A stretch of 64,000 bases of DNA from Mobula hypostoma. Taxonomy: Eukaryota. The position numbers and the translations under genes are program-made. The stretch covers positions 108,378,001 through 108,442,000 of the forward strand of contig NC_086108.1 in assembly GCF_963921235.1 (NCBI RefSeq), in the 5' to 3' direction. Under the pieces are notes generated by a model that was not told the origin of the DNA, did no database searches, and worked only from the letters and a program-made list of their open reading frames with translations. Shown here piece by piece: positions 50,843-62,516 of the stretch (positions are counted from its first letter, which is position 1; each line of letters starts with the position of its first letter).

Positions 50843-53791
50843 TGCTAAGGTTATAGCTTTTCCTAATGTGGTGAAATACAGGTCCGGCCCTGTTGCTGCG
50901 CAATATCCCAGTCAGTTGGACATTGTTGCACTAGCTTCCCTTTGTGGAAAAGTTCTTCCTGACCAACATTTTCACCACAAGCCCATCAGGCAGTGGTCAA
51001 CACAGAACATCCTGTGGACACTGCAGAAGACTCGATGAACCCAGTGGGGTAGGTCCACTGTCAGGCCATCTGGTAGAACGCCTCAAAGCCAGGCTTCACC
51101 AGCAGGCAGCAAGACTTTGCCTGGGTGGCTGTGAGTGTTACTCTCCATGTCAGACCCTTGCTGCATTCCTGAACGTCGCTCCGAGTGAATATAGTTCCCC
51201 ATAAATATTTCAATTTTCACCCTTAATCTATCCTAGTCCTGCCCAAACTCGGGGAAAAAGCCTGCTTGCATTTACCATATCTGTACCTAATGCTGTGGCT
51301 ACTATGTGTATTTTTGTGATCCGATGCTGCTTTCGCTCATCCACTTCAAGGTTCAATGGGAGTACATTCAGAGATGGTCTGCTGTACACCACTGTTATAA
51401 CACATGGTTATTTGAGTTTTGTTGCCTTCCTCTCAGCTTGAACCAATCTGGTCGTTCACCTCTGACCTCTCATTAACAAGGCATTTTCACCCACTGAGTT
51501 GCTGCTCACTAGATTTTTTTTATTTTGCTTTTCATGCCATTCTCTGTAACTGCACATGAAAATCTCAGAAGATCAGCAGTTTCTGAGATACTCAAACCAG
51601 CCCATCTGGCACCAATAATTATTTCATAGTCAAAGCCACTTAGATCATGTTTCTTCTCTGTTCTGATGTTTGGTCTGAACAACAACTGAACCTTTTGGCC
51701 ATGTCTGCATGCTTTTTAATGCACTGAGTTGCTGCCATGTGATTGGCTGATTAGATATTTGCATTAATGTACAGGTATAACTAAGCAGGTGGTCAATGAG
51801 TGTAGAACACTGCTACGGAACATTGCTAGAGGGAAAATGGGTAGCACTTCACACATCTGATCTGAACAGCAGGAGATGCCAACAAAACTGGTCAGTCATC
51901 TCTCTGTCTGTCTCCTGTATCGACGCTCCAAGAACATGTTCTGTGCCATACTGCGCTTAATAGTAGTCTGTATCCTTTCCACCTTGCAAAACTTCCTTTA
52001 AGATTTTATCATCTCCGCTTTGTTACTGACTCCCCGCCTGTCAACCCTCCCAGATCTCAGCACTTCAAAACACTCACTTCTTGCTCAGCCTTGATGTTAA
52101 CTGTTGTAACATTGCCAATGTTCTCAGCTTCGCAATTTGCAAGTAGGCTTTTTTCCACTGAGGTTGAGTGAGACTAGAGCTAGAGGTCATAGGTCAAGGG
52201 CAAAAGTTGAAATGTTTAAGGGGGACATGAGGGGGGAGCAGGTTTGATTTCAACGGTTTAAGAGAAGTTTGGAGAGGTACCTGGATGGGAGGGGTATGGA
52301 GGGTTATGGTCCAGGTGCAGGTCAAGGGGACCAGGCATAGAACAGAGAACGGTACAGCACAGGAACAGGTCCTTTGGCCCACAGTGTTGTGTCAAACCAG
52401 CTAAAAAGTAAATTATAAAAAAAACAAAAACTAATCCCTCCTAGCTACACAATGTCCACATCTCTCTATCTTCCTCATATCTATGTGCCTATCTAAATGT
52501 CTCTCAAAAGCCTCTGAGGTATTTGCCTTTACCACCTCACCAGGCAGCGCATTCCAGGCATTGACTCTGAGTAAAAGACTTACCCCTCACATCCCGTTTG
52601 AACCTTCCCCCTCTGATCTTCAATGCATGCCCTCTGGAATTAGACATTTCTACCTATCTACTCTATCTATCCCCCTCATAATCTTATAAACCTCTGTCAG
52701 ATCTCCCCTCAGCCTCTGTTGCTGCAGAGAAACAGCCTCTCGCTATAGCACATGCCCTCTAAACCAGGCAACATCCTAGTAAACCTCTTCTGCACTGCCT
52801 CCAAACCGTCAACATCATTCCCATAGTGGGGCAATCAGAACAGTATCCAACACTCCAGATGTGGCCTAACCAGAGTTCTATGAAGTTGCAGTATAACAGT
52901 TTGCCACAGCTTAGTTGGGTTGAAGAGCCTGTTTCTGGACTGTAGTTCTCTATGTCTCTATGGCAATCCTTTTCTTCATTTCACGCTGAAGTCAGCAGCC
53001 TGGCGCCTTCGAAGTTCTCAAGGTGAGGTTTGCAAGCACTGTAACGAGAACCTTATTTGTTATCACTTACAGATCAAATATCAGTCGAAGGAAGCCAGCT
53101 CAGAATGTAAGCCAAATGTTTACATAATATGGCAGAAGCATTGACTGTGAAGCAATTTTTAAAAAAGACAGTACTTAAGATAACTGCATATTTCATTACT
53201 AGAAGTTTTAAAATGTGTTTGGCAGATGGTGAGATGTGCCTCAACTCTCCCAAGCCCCATTGTCTTGGTGTAATCATTGTGCTTTTGAGGGTGAGATTGT
53301 GAAAATATCTGAAACTGAGAAGTGTCTGGATCGGGAATTGTTGCCAACTAGAAACCATGCCAGCGAAAGGAGGGAGAGCAGCAGCAGGTGGATGGTGTTG
53401 ACGGAATGCCAGGCAGGGAATGCAGCCCTTCCAAGCGGGAATTCAGTTAGAAGGCAGAATGCTTGTAGCATAGCACCACACACAAGGCCTACTCACCCAG
53501 GGCCCGAATGGGCATCCTACCATCGAGCGAGGAGACGGCGTACCCTAGAGAATCCCGCCTTCAGGGCCAGCGTGCTCAGAGGCTCCCTTGAAGCATGTAA
53601 GCATGCAAGTGAGGGAGAGCCAAGCGGCTCCCCGTTCCAGAGGCCCATTCTGAGGGTAATGTCAGGCCGGCATCGAGAAGCGCCAAGGCTCGGCCCACCG
53701 TACAGCCTTTCATGTATGGTGGCCTAATTTTTTTTTTTGTTCCGGAGTCGTCTTTTTTTTTGCTTACCCAGCCTATCTGGCCTGTTTGCAG

Positions 53792-53888
53792 AGTCGCATC
53801 AGAAGGATGTGGAACGACACTGTGCGAAAACAATCAGAATCTTCCTTTATCTCAGGTGAAATCAACAGTACCTCGACGTTAAACCAAG
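53792..53888 (+). CDS. ADGRL2: ADGRL2 coding exon, C-tail (97 nt, ends phase 1)
   Basis: ttgcag|AGT CGC ... CAA G|gtcagt; encodes [32 protein letters not shown], a highly conserved latrophilin motif. Confidence 0.96.
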
Positions 53889-54721
53889 GTCAGTTCCTGG
53901 GAATAAAAGTAAATATTCACAAACAGTAATGTCTTTCAGAATGTCGTTTGTCACGTTTCCTAATCTCTGTGATGGAGCTCTGTAAAAAAAAACCTCACAG
54001 GCCTAGAATTCTCATTATCATCAATTCTGAATGGCATTTTTTTTAATAAAAAGCTAGGCTGCTTCTTTTCCTGATAGATTCAACCTATCCTGAATCAGAA
54101 CAATGAATTTGGTCACTGGATCAATGCAGGAACATGTAAATGTAATTTCAAAGAATTTTTTTTTATTTATGATTTTCTGTTAACCCAGGGAGTTTATCTA
54201 GTGGCTGCTGCAGCTCAGGCCCCATTTTAGGCCTGTTGCAAAAAGGCTGACCTCAGCAAAGTAGGCAGCTGGAGTTCCTGAGGTGGTGGGGAGGATGTGT
54301 GCAGCTCCCTCTGCCAATCACCGTATGTGTAGGCAGATGCTGGAATTGGCCTGGTTTTTGAGTTGCCGTTTGTGGTCAACCTGTCCGTGGTTCTGAATTC
54401 TGGCCGACCCTGACCTGTATAGCTTTGGAATGTGAAGGAAAACCGGAGCACCCGGAGGAAACCCACAGGGAAAACAGCGGTGGAATTGAACCCAGCTCGC
54501 TGGCATTGTAAAGTGTGACACTAACCTCTGGGCTGCCATGCTGACTTCCCTCACTCCCACTGATACTGGAAAATCTGAAATGAAATCCAAAATACTCAGC
54601 AGGTCAGGCAGCATCTGAGCTGGGAGAAACAGTTAACGTGCCAGTCTAGTTCCCTTTCAACAGCAGTGGGAAAAGTTAGAGAAGGAACACAAGTTGCAGA
54701 GAAATGGGGGTGGTTGATGCT

Positions 54722-55295
54722 GAGGTCTCGGCTGGTCAGAGTCGACCATGGATAATGCATCCCAGTTGTCTAGATAAGCAAGCCAGGGCAGATCAATTTG
54801 GAGAGCAGCATTTGCCCATGTGGTATGCTGCCCCTCTAGACAGAGCTGATGATCTCAAAGGAACGGCCAGAGACTGATTGGGCACCAGCAGCATTGCAAG
54901 AGTTGCCAGTCAGCATTGAACTCGGTAGGACTGCCTTAGGGTCTCCAGCTCCAGATTGTTCCCTCGCGGTTTACTCCCGAAGCCTTCCCCGTGAGTGGGT
55001 GTACCTGCAAGGCAGCATAGGTCTGTGATCAGAGTTCTCCTTCTCCTAGATGAGGTGCCAACCATGGATGATGAGCCCTATCTGCCTGAAGCGAATGGTT
55101 TTAAGGCACCAGTTAAACCCACCTTTGCCCCTTCTCCTGTCAGCAGAAACTGTTCTGCCAGGTTTAGTAGCTAAGCCACACGTGAAGTCCAGTTGTCAGA
55201 GGCTATTTGCGATGTACGCTACTGGGTGCATTCAGTAGGTAGTGGAAGCTTAGCCCCACTGCCCACCCCCAGCTAGGACAATCTTAAGTAACCAG
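54722..55295 (-). mobile_element. RTE-type 5'UTR-derived non-autonomous element
   Basis: ctcccgaagccttcccc.tgagtggg..caaggcagc..gatcagagtt.tccttctcctagatg resembles RTE 5' UTRs. Other RTE-like short elements lie at about 4140-4610 and 15486-15890. Confidence 0.5.
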
Positions 55296-58046
55296 GAGGG
55301 GGCATGGTTGGTAGGGCAAAGAGAAGAAAGGAGAAGGTAATAGAGTGGAGATCAGGAGACCCAGGTGCAGCTGACTAAGAGAGAAAGGCAAAGGGCAAAC
55401 AGTACTGAATGTGTCTGGAGGGAATCTGTAAACAGGAGGAGGTCAATGAAAACAAATATCAGAAGGAGAAAGGAGGTAAGTAAATGAAATGAGACTGGAA
55501 GAGCTGATAAATTGAAACCACTGGATTCAGCATAGAATCCTAAAGGCTGTAACACACTGAGTCAGAAGATGAGGTGCTGTATCACAATCTCACAATAACT
55601 TTCGCTGTTAGGGAGCCGAGGAGGAGGTGTCAGCGTGGGAATGGGACAGAGGAGTAAACGATCAGGCCACTGGAAGTGCCATTTCCCCTCGCAGACTGAA
55701 CAGGACAATCAGCAACAGCTGCCACCCAATTTGCTTTTTGGTTTCCCCGAATCAGAAGATACCACATCATGAGCAGTTCAGCACTGGACGCATCACCAAG
55801 AGCAACACGTTAATTCAGAATATAATTTGCTTATGGAGGGGTTATAAAACTGGAAAGTGATCATTAAGGCAGAAACTGGGTCTTCCTTGATACTAGGCCA
55901 TTCCTTGTGGCCATTCTTTTTCACTTTCCTCTTGGAAGTCACATAGCTCCTGCACAACTGTGCAAACTAAAGTCCATTTTTCCATGATTCAGTAATACCC
56001 ACAACGCCATACATGCCAATTTGTAACTGTGCTACAAGTTCAACTAACTTATTCCGTATTTTTCTTGCCTGTTACTCTGCTGGCGTACAGGGCAGTAATG
56101 AAGGTCCTCAAACTCTGGCATTGTTCAGGGCTTCCTTCATGTCAGTAGCTTCCTCTCAGGTTTCACTACTGTCAGTCATGCAAGACCCACATGAAAACTT
56201 GGGAATACCATTACACTCAGATTCTTCATTGCTGTTAGCCCTGAGCTGAACACACAAACCTAGAGGACCAGTGGACCACTCTTAGGCTGGCCTCTAACCT
56301 TTGACCTGGGTGACCCTGCCAAGAGCCTAAGCATAAAGCCCGACTGCAGCCAGCAAAGCTCTCCGGGTCATGGAGGCATGCAAGCCTTCAAACCCAACCA
56401 CAAGGTTGCGTTCTCTTGGAGGTTCGTACACTACATGCACTCAAATATAACACCTTCAGTCCTATGTTCGTCACCCCTTTTGCTTTCAGCCCCCTGTTAG
56501 ACTTCAATTCATCCCATTGACTGTAAATTTTCCTTATTTGCCAGTTCTTCCTGACAATCTCACTGCCTCTGTTTGTAAACCAGCTAACCCCATCCTCAGC
56601 CCTATCACTCCAGTTCCAAACTCTCTGCCAAATTAGTTGACACCCTCCCGAACAACTCTAGCCCAGCTCACAAGAATATTGCCCCCACCCTCCCTCAGGT
56701 TCCCTTTGCTACAGGTCCTACCTTCCCCAAAAGACATCCAATGGTCCAAAAATCTGAAACCCCTGCCCCCTGCATCAGTTCCCCAGGCACATATTCATCT
56801 GCCGAATCACCCTCACTGTCACAGTTTTTGTGGATCTTCCTTCCCCTACCTCTTTGTGAGGAAGCAAATCTACTCTAGTTCTCACTTCAGTGTCCTTTCC
56901 ATCTGAATTCAGAATCAGGTTTATTATCACTGACATAATGTTGTGAAATGTTGTTGTTTTGTGGCAGCAGTACAGTCCAATACACAAAATATTACTAAAC
57001 ATATATAAATTGCTATAAGTTACAAAATGTAAAATAAATTGTGCATAAAGCAAGCAAAGTGGTCTTCATGCATTCAGAAATCTGCTGGCTGAGGGGGAAG
57101 AATCTGCTCCTAAAACACTGAGTGTTTGTCTTCAGGCTCCTGTACCACCTTCATGATAGTAGCAACGAGAAGAGGGCATACACAGTACAAAGTAACTTTT
57201 ATTATCGAAGTACATACACGTCATCATATACAACCCTGAGATACACTCAACAAACCTATAAAATAGTAACTATAACAGAATCAATGAATGACCACCCAGC
57301 TAGGGCTTTCAAGCTGAGTGCAGAAAATAACAAACTGAAAATGTAAAAAGAAGAAATAATAATATAAATAAGTAATAAATCTCAGGAACGTGAGATGAAG
57401 AGTCATTGAAAGTGAGTCCACAGGTTGTGGGAACATTTCAATGATGGGGCAAATGAAATTATCCCCTTTGTGCAAGAGCCTGATGGTTGAGGAGTAATAA
57501 CTGTTCCTGAACCTGGTTGGCATGTCCTGGATACTGAGGGATGTTAATGGTGGAGGTGTCACCCCTTGAAGATGTCCTGGATACTGAGGAGTCTCGTGCC
57601 CATGATGGAGCTGCCTCGGCAGCTTTTTTTTGACTGTGCAGTGGCCTCTCCATACAAGGTGGTGATGCATGATGTGGCCTGGTGTTTATTAAGAGGGCAA
57701 GGATAACGGTTAAAGATTTGCTTAATTGGTCACATGTACATCGAAACATACATTGAAGTGTGCCATTTGTGTCAATGACTGACACAGTCTAAGGTCTGTG
57801 CTGGAGGCAGCCCACAAGCGTGGCCACGTCCACAACTGACTAATCCTAACCAGAGCACCTGGGGGAACCCCACACGGTCACAGGGAAAACGTACATGCAG
57901 CGATGGGAATTGAACCTGTAAGCATTATACTAACCGCCATGCTATCACACTGTGTTCTCTCATTCCCTTGTCTGTGTGAGATTTGATGAGATTAATGAAG
58001 AAAAAACTGAACTGACGCCTCTTTTTTTTCTGTCTTGTTGCTCTAG

Positions 58047-58175
58047 GGATGACAGGCAATTATCTACTAACAAATCCTCTTCTGCGGCCTCACGGCACTA
58101 ACAACCCTTATAACACCTTGCTTGCCGAAACTGTTGTCTTTAATGCCCCATCAGCTGACGTATTTAGTTCACCAG
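58047..58175 (+). CDS. ADGRL2: ADGRL2 C-tail cassette exon (129 nt, symmetric phase 1)
   Basis: ctctag|GG ATG ACA ... CCA G|gtgtgc; encodes [43 protein letters not shown], matching the latrophilin-1/2 tail insert. Confidence 0.93.
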
Positions 58176-59237
58176 GTGTGCCTCCTTCACTTCTGTAAAG
58201 AGACTTAACACTATTACTGGATCGTGTCTGCTGCTGTTGGAAGGAGAGTTATGTAGACGAGGTTGTGCTGGAAAATGTGAGGGACCTGTGGGTCATAAAT
58301 TAACGGGATTCTGCAGATGCTGTTAACCCAGAGCAACATACATACACGAGATGCTGGAGGAACACAGCAGGTCAGGCAGCAACTATGGAAGGGAATAAGC
58401 AGCCAACATTTCAGGCCGGGTCCCTTCCTCAGGGCTCGATGATTCTTCATCGGATCCCGAAGAAGGGTCTCGGTCCAAAATGTCAACTATTTATTCACCT
58501 CCATAGATGCTGAGTTCCTCTAGTCTTTTGTGTGTGTTATTCTGGGGGTGAGGAATTGTTTTATTTTGTTCCTGGGGATCGATCAAAGGAGATTTGTAAT
58601 TATAACCAAACCCTTCACTTCCTCATTCTCATTGCACTCACCACCATTACTTCCCCACATAATCCTGAACTTGCCCTTCCTGACAACCTCCTCATCCTTC
58701 CTCCCCACCCTCCCCGCCTGACACCCACAGAACACCCCCATACTTCCCATCATCCACCCCTCGCCTACACTTCCCTTTCCACCCCCATCCCATCCTTCAG
58801 GTTGCTGGTATCCATGGGGAAGCCCACCCCAAGACTGAGCCTCAATCCCACCTGACCTCGAGCTGACTGATCAGATGGGGACGGTGGGTGCAAGGGGTTG
58901 AAGGATTAGCATCCCCATGCTCCTGGTGACCGGGAAGGGGCAAACCCTCTCCTCCCACCTCTTGGTGGGATTTGGAGATGAGGAGAAATTGACTTCAACC
59001 CTTGCAACCCCACACTCATCAGCAGGAGCTTGGTTGGAGGCTGGCTCATCGAGGACTGTGGGCAAAGGGTATGCACAATGGGTGGGGCACTGGGGGAACG
59101 AGGGGAGGCCCCCACTGAGACTGGAGTTAGCTATTAAAGTCCCTCTCACAAGAAAGGGCATGATGCCTCGTACCTGTTACTGGTCTGCAATTTCAGATCT
59201 GACAAAGATCTGACTGGGACTAGATTATGAAACTTCA

Positions 59238-59500
59238 AGAGAAAGGGATAGAGAGGGAGGGAGGGAGAGAGACACAGACAGAGAGAAAGGAAGAGAAAAA
59301 GACAGAGGGAGGAAAAGAGAGACAGAAAGGCAGAAACAGAGAGAGAGAGACACACACAAAGTCAGAGAAAGAAAGAAATGGAAAGAGATGGAGAAAGAAA
59401 AAGGGGAAGGGAAGGAGAGAGGGAGAGAGAAAGGGTGAGACAAAGGGAGACAGAATGTGTGAGAGACAGAGAAAGAAAAAGAGGAAAGAGAGAAAAGAGC
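59238..59500 (+). repeat. GA-rich low-complexity tract
   Basis: About 260 nt of nearly pure A/G. Confidence 0.85.
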
Positions 59501-59704
59501 ATGTATTTTAAATGTGGTACATTGAATCATAATCAGGTTTATTTCATGTTCCTATGTTGTGAAATTTGTTGTTTTGCGGCAGCAGTACAGTGCAATACAT
59601 AAAATATACTATAACTTGCAGTAAGTATATATATATATAAAACGGCCAAGATTTCTTTTGTTTTCATTGCCTTTCTATTATTCTCTCCTTATGCTTCACT
59701 CTAG

Positions 59705-59760
59705 TGACCTACAGAGAGACAAGTATGGGAGACACACTTAACTTTTCCTATCAAATGTAA
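59705..59760 (+). CDS. ADGRL2: ADGRL2 alternative microexon: 18 nt (to 59722), 52 nt (to 59756), or read-through terminal exon (stop 59758-60)
   Basis: ctctag|TG ACC TAC AGA GAG ACA A|gtatgg. Read-through gives VTYRETSMGDTLNFSYQM*, similar to the latrophilin-3 segment EPYRETSMGVKLNIAYQ (recalled). Second donor AT|gtaaaa at 59757. Confidence 0.85.
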
Positions 59761-59761
59761 A

Positions 59762-59767
59762 AATAAA
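59762..59767 (+). promoter_or_regulatory. Candidate intronic polyadenylation signal after the microexon read-through stop
   Basis: AATAAA 1 nt after the TAA, followed by a U/GU-rich tract (tgtctgtttcctttttattttctatttgttgttg). Confidence 0.5.
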
Positions 59768-60514
59768 TTCTGGCATGTCTGTTTCCTTTTTATTTTCTAT
59801 TTGTTGTTGAAATGAGGCACGGGGTTCATTATGGCTGGAGATTCAGGGAGCTGGCATTGATTATTGGTCCCACCTTTTTCAGCAGACGGTTAGGTGGGGG
59901 ACTGTGTTCGAGTCCGTAGGCCATAGGGCAAACACTCCATCTTACATTGAGCTTGAGGGAAGGGGGGGGGGCGGTGGTCAACAGGGTCTGCACATTCGGC
60001 AGATTTTCCCTTCTTTCAAAAGATGGTAGAGGACTGCCCCAACCCGCCCCAGTGAAACCGATTTGCTACCGACACCTTGCACCCACCTGCACTCGGAATG
60101 GGTTTCTGCCCACAGGAGTCAGAACCTCCTATTGGTGAGGTTAGGACAGTGAGGTGAGCAGAGAGGGTCGCGAAGGACCACAGGTCAACACGTGAAGCTC
60201 ACAACACCCCTCCCACATCAGTGCAGAATAGAAGGCAGCAGTGGGTGGTGGAATATGTGTTCTGGCACTCTTGACAGGGCAGGGAGTGTCAGGCTCGAAT
60301 CCCCACCAGCAGAGACCAAACCAGGGAAGGGTCCTGCACCCTGTACCTCTCCAGCCAGGTCAGCCTCACTGAAGTCACGCCAGTCCTTGGTCTGGGCCGG
60401 TCACCCACGTCCTGCTGACTGTGTTGCTACCTTCTCATGGTCATGTGCATGAGCAGTCATGGTCACTCTGGGGCTTGATACAGCCTGGCTTGTTTTCCCT
60501 TCCCAACGCTCCTC

Positions 60515-60740
60515 GACCTCTCACCTCATGGCCCCTAACTCCTTCAGCTCTGTGCCCCTTCACCCTCCTGCCCTTCAACCATTGGCCTCTCACTCCATGA
60601 CCTCTCAACCTGTGGCCCCCAACTCCATAACCTCTCACCCTCTGGCCCTTCTCTCCGTGACCTCTCACTTCATGGCTCTTCACTCCATGACCTTTGCACC
60701 CTTTGATCCTTCACTCTTTAATTCCGCCTGACCCCATGAT
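60515..60740 (+). repeat. Degenerate 15-nt pyrimidine-rich tandem repeat
   Basis: Units like TGACCTCTCACTCCA and TGGCCCCTCACCCTC repeat with about 15-nt period. Confidence 0.7.
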
Positions 60741-61874
60741 CTCTCACGGCAGGACTCCTCAGATCCTGGCTCCTGATCTCTTTGATGCTTCAACCCCACC
60801 ACTTCAGAGCCGCTCCACCCCGTTCAACCTGCAGTGCCAAGATGATTAACAGGGGGGTATCTGTGGGCAGGGTTTGCCCTGGGACAGATGTGCATTATTC
60901 TACCCTTATGTCTCTGTCTGACCCTTCCTGCCCAGCGAAACCTGAGTTGCTGGGGACACGTTGCGCCCAGCTGCTTTCGGAATGGGTTCCCAACCACAAG
61001 AGTCGAAGACCTCCTGCAGATAAGGTTAGGACAGTGAAGCGGGCAGAGGGTAGTGGAGGAGATGGTTGCCAAATTGTAGCCAACAACAGGGGAGTGGTCG
61101 GCTGCTCCAGGGCTCCACACCGTGATGTGTCCGGTGCTCATCAGCTCTGTTCAAGCCCTGCTGGAGAGGGTGGGGTGAGAGGGAAAACAGGGAGGTGGTG
61201 AACCTTCCCCGCCCCCCCACCTCTCACCTCCATGAAGGAAAGGGTCCTCCCTTTCATCAGAGGCCCGACCCACACACGTGGCCAGCTTCCTCTCCCCGAT
61301 CCCAACTCCACCGAAAGTCCACCCAGCAAACGCCCCTCTTCCCCTCCCCACGCAATAGGTGGGTAAGGTGAGCGCACTCACAGACACTTTTGTCCTTTGC
61401 TGATCAGGAGGGGTGAGGACGGGGAGAGGGGTTGGGGTTGGGAGGGGCGAGGGAAAGAATGAGAAACACCCCCCACCCCCAGTTTTGCTTGCGATCCAGT
61501 CTGTTGCAGCTCTCCCCCCCCCCACCCTCCCTCCCTGCTTCGCCTGCAGCCCAGAGCAAAAGCCCCAGAAATCAGGAAGAAAGAGCAGGAGGAGGTGCTG
61601 GAACACGCAGCAGGCCGAGTAATGTCCATGGGGGGAGGTGGAAAAGGCAGCCGTTCCAGGCGGAGCAGAGCCGAGCCCCTCCAATCACATCTTTCTTGTT
61701 AAAAAAAAACCTCCCCCAATAATGGGTCGTCGGCCTGTGTGTCACCCGCATCTCGCCCTGGCCTTGGCCACCGCTGTATGTCTCTTCCCTCTGCGCTCTG
61801 ATTGGTTTGCTGAGATGTCACCTGACCCTCGCCTCGTGTTACAGTTGATCGTTCTGCTTTCTTTTGTGCATCAG

Positions 61875-61926
61875 CTACTCTCACCACAGCTAGCCTGAGC
61901 AGACAGACTTGATGTGAATTGCCCAT
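61875..61926 (+). CDS. ADGRL2: Putative stop-containing alternative mini-exon (LLSPQLA*)
   Basis: Pyrimidine tract plus catcag acceptor (61873-74), strong donor gtgagt (61927-32). CTACTC...TAGCCTGAGCAGACAGAC resembles the recalled mammalian ADGRL2 short-tail ending LLLGQIA*. Confidence 0.6.
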
Positions 61927-62516
61927 GTGAGTCAACCCAGCCGCTTGTCCTCTCGTGTGTCCAGGTGGTGACAACAATCCCCCTTCACCCCTCACCCGTG
62001 TTGCTTGGAGGACAACCCTTTCTGTGTTTGCCGTGCCTGACCACCCTTTCCTCCTCACCACCTGTCATCCCCTGCTTTCCATCACCATGTCTCGTCGCTG
62101 GAGGCTGTGTCATCATCCTTGCCTGCTGCTTTTGGATTGGTCTGTCCATCTGGCGCTCGTCCTTTGTGGGTGCTGCATTTTCTCCCTTCTGTACCCTTCC
62201 CACCCCTGAGCCCCAAACCTCCCTGAGTTGGCTTTTAAGGTACTTCAGGACAAGGTGGGTTCTTGTAGCGGATTGGCTCGAACACCCAGTGGGATGGGGG
62301 TTGAGCGGATGGTGTGGGGAAGCAGGACCATGCTTCAACGTGGCCAAAGCCGCCTTGGCCGTTTTGTCCTGGATTACGTTAAAAGGGTTGATTTTTTTTC
62401 TCCCCCCTTCCCCAGAAGGTTACTCTGTAGGTGGAAGTTCAGGTAGAGATGGACTGCTAATTGCTATGTGTTTTTCGCTACTTCCCCTTTGATTCCCCCC
62501 CCCCCTCCCTCCCCAG

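Noticed and set aside
60753..60810. Possible homolog of the mammalian GLTSHGLRAHLQDLYHLE-type tail exon (cggcag|GA CTC CTC...)
   Set aside because: Similarity is weak and there is no GT donor at the expected position.
61914..62492. 192-aa ORF preceding the last exon
   Set aside because: Intronic GC-rich sequence with no recognisable domain; the true acceptor is at 62515-16.
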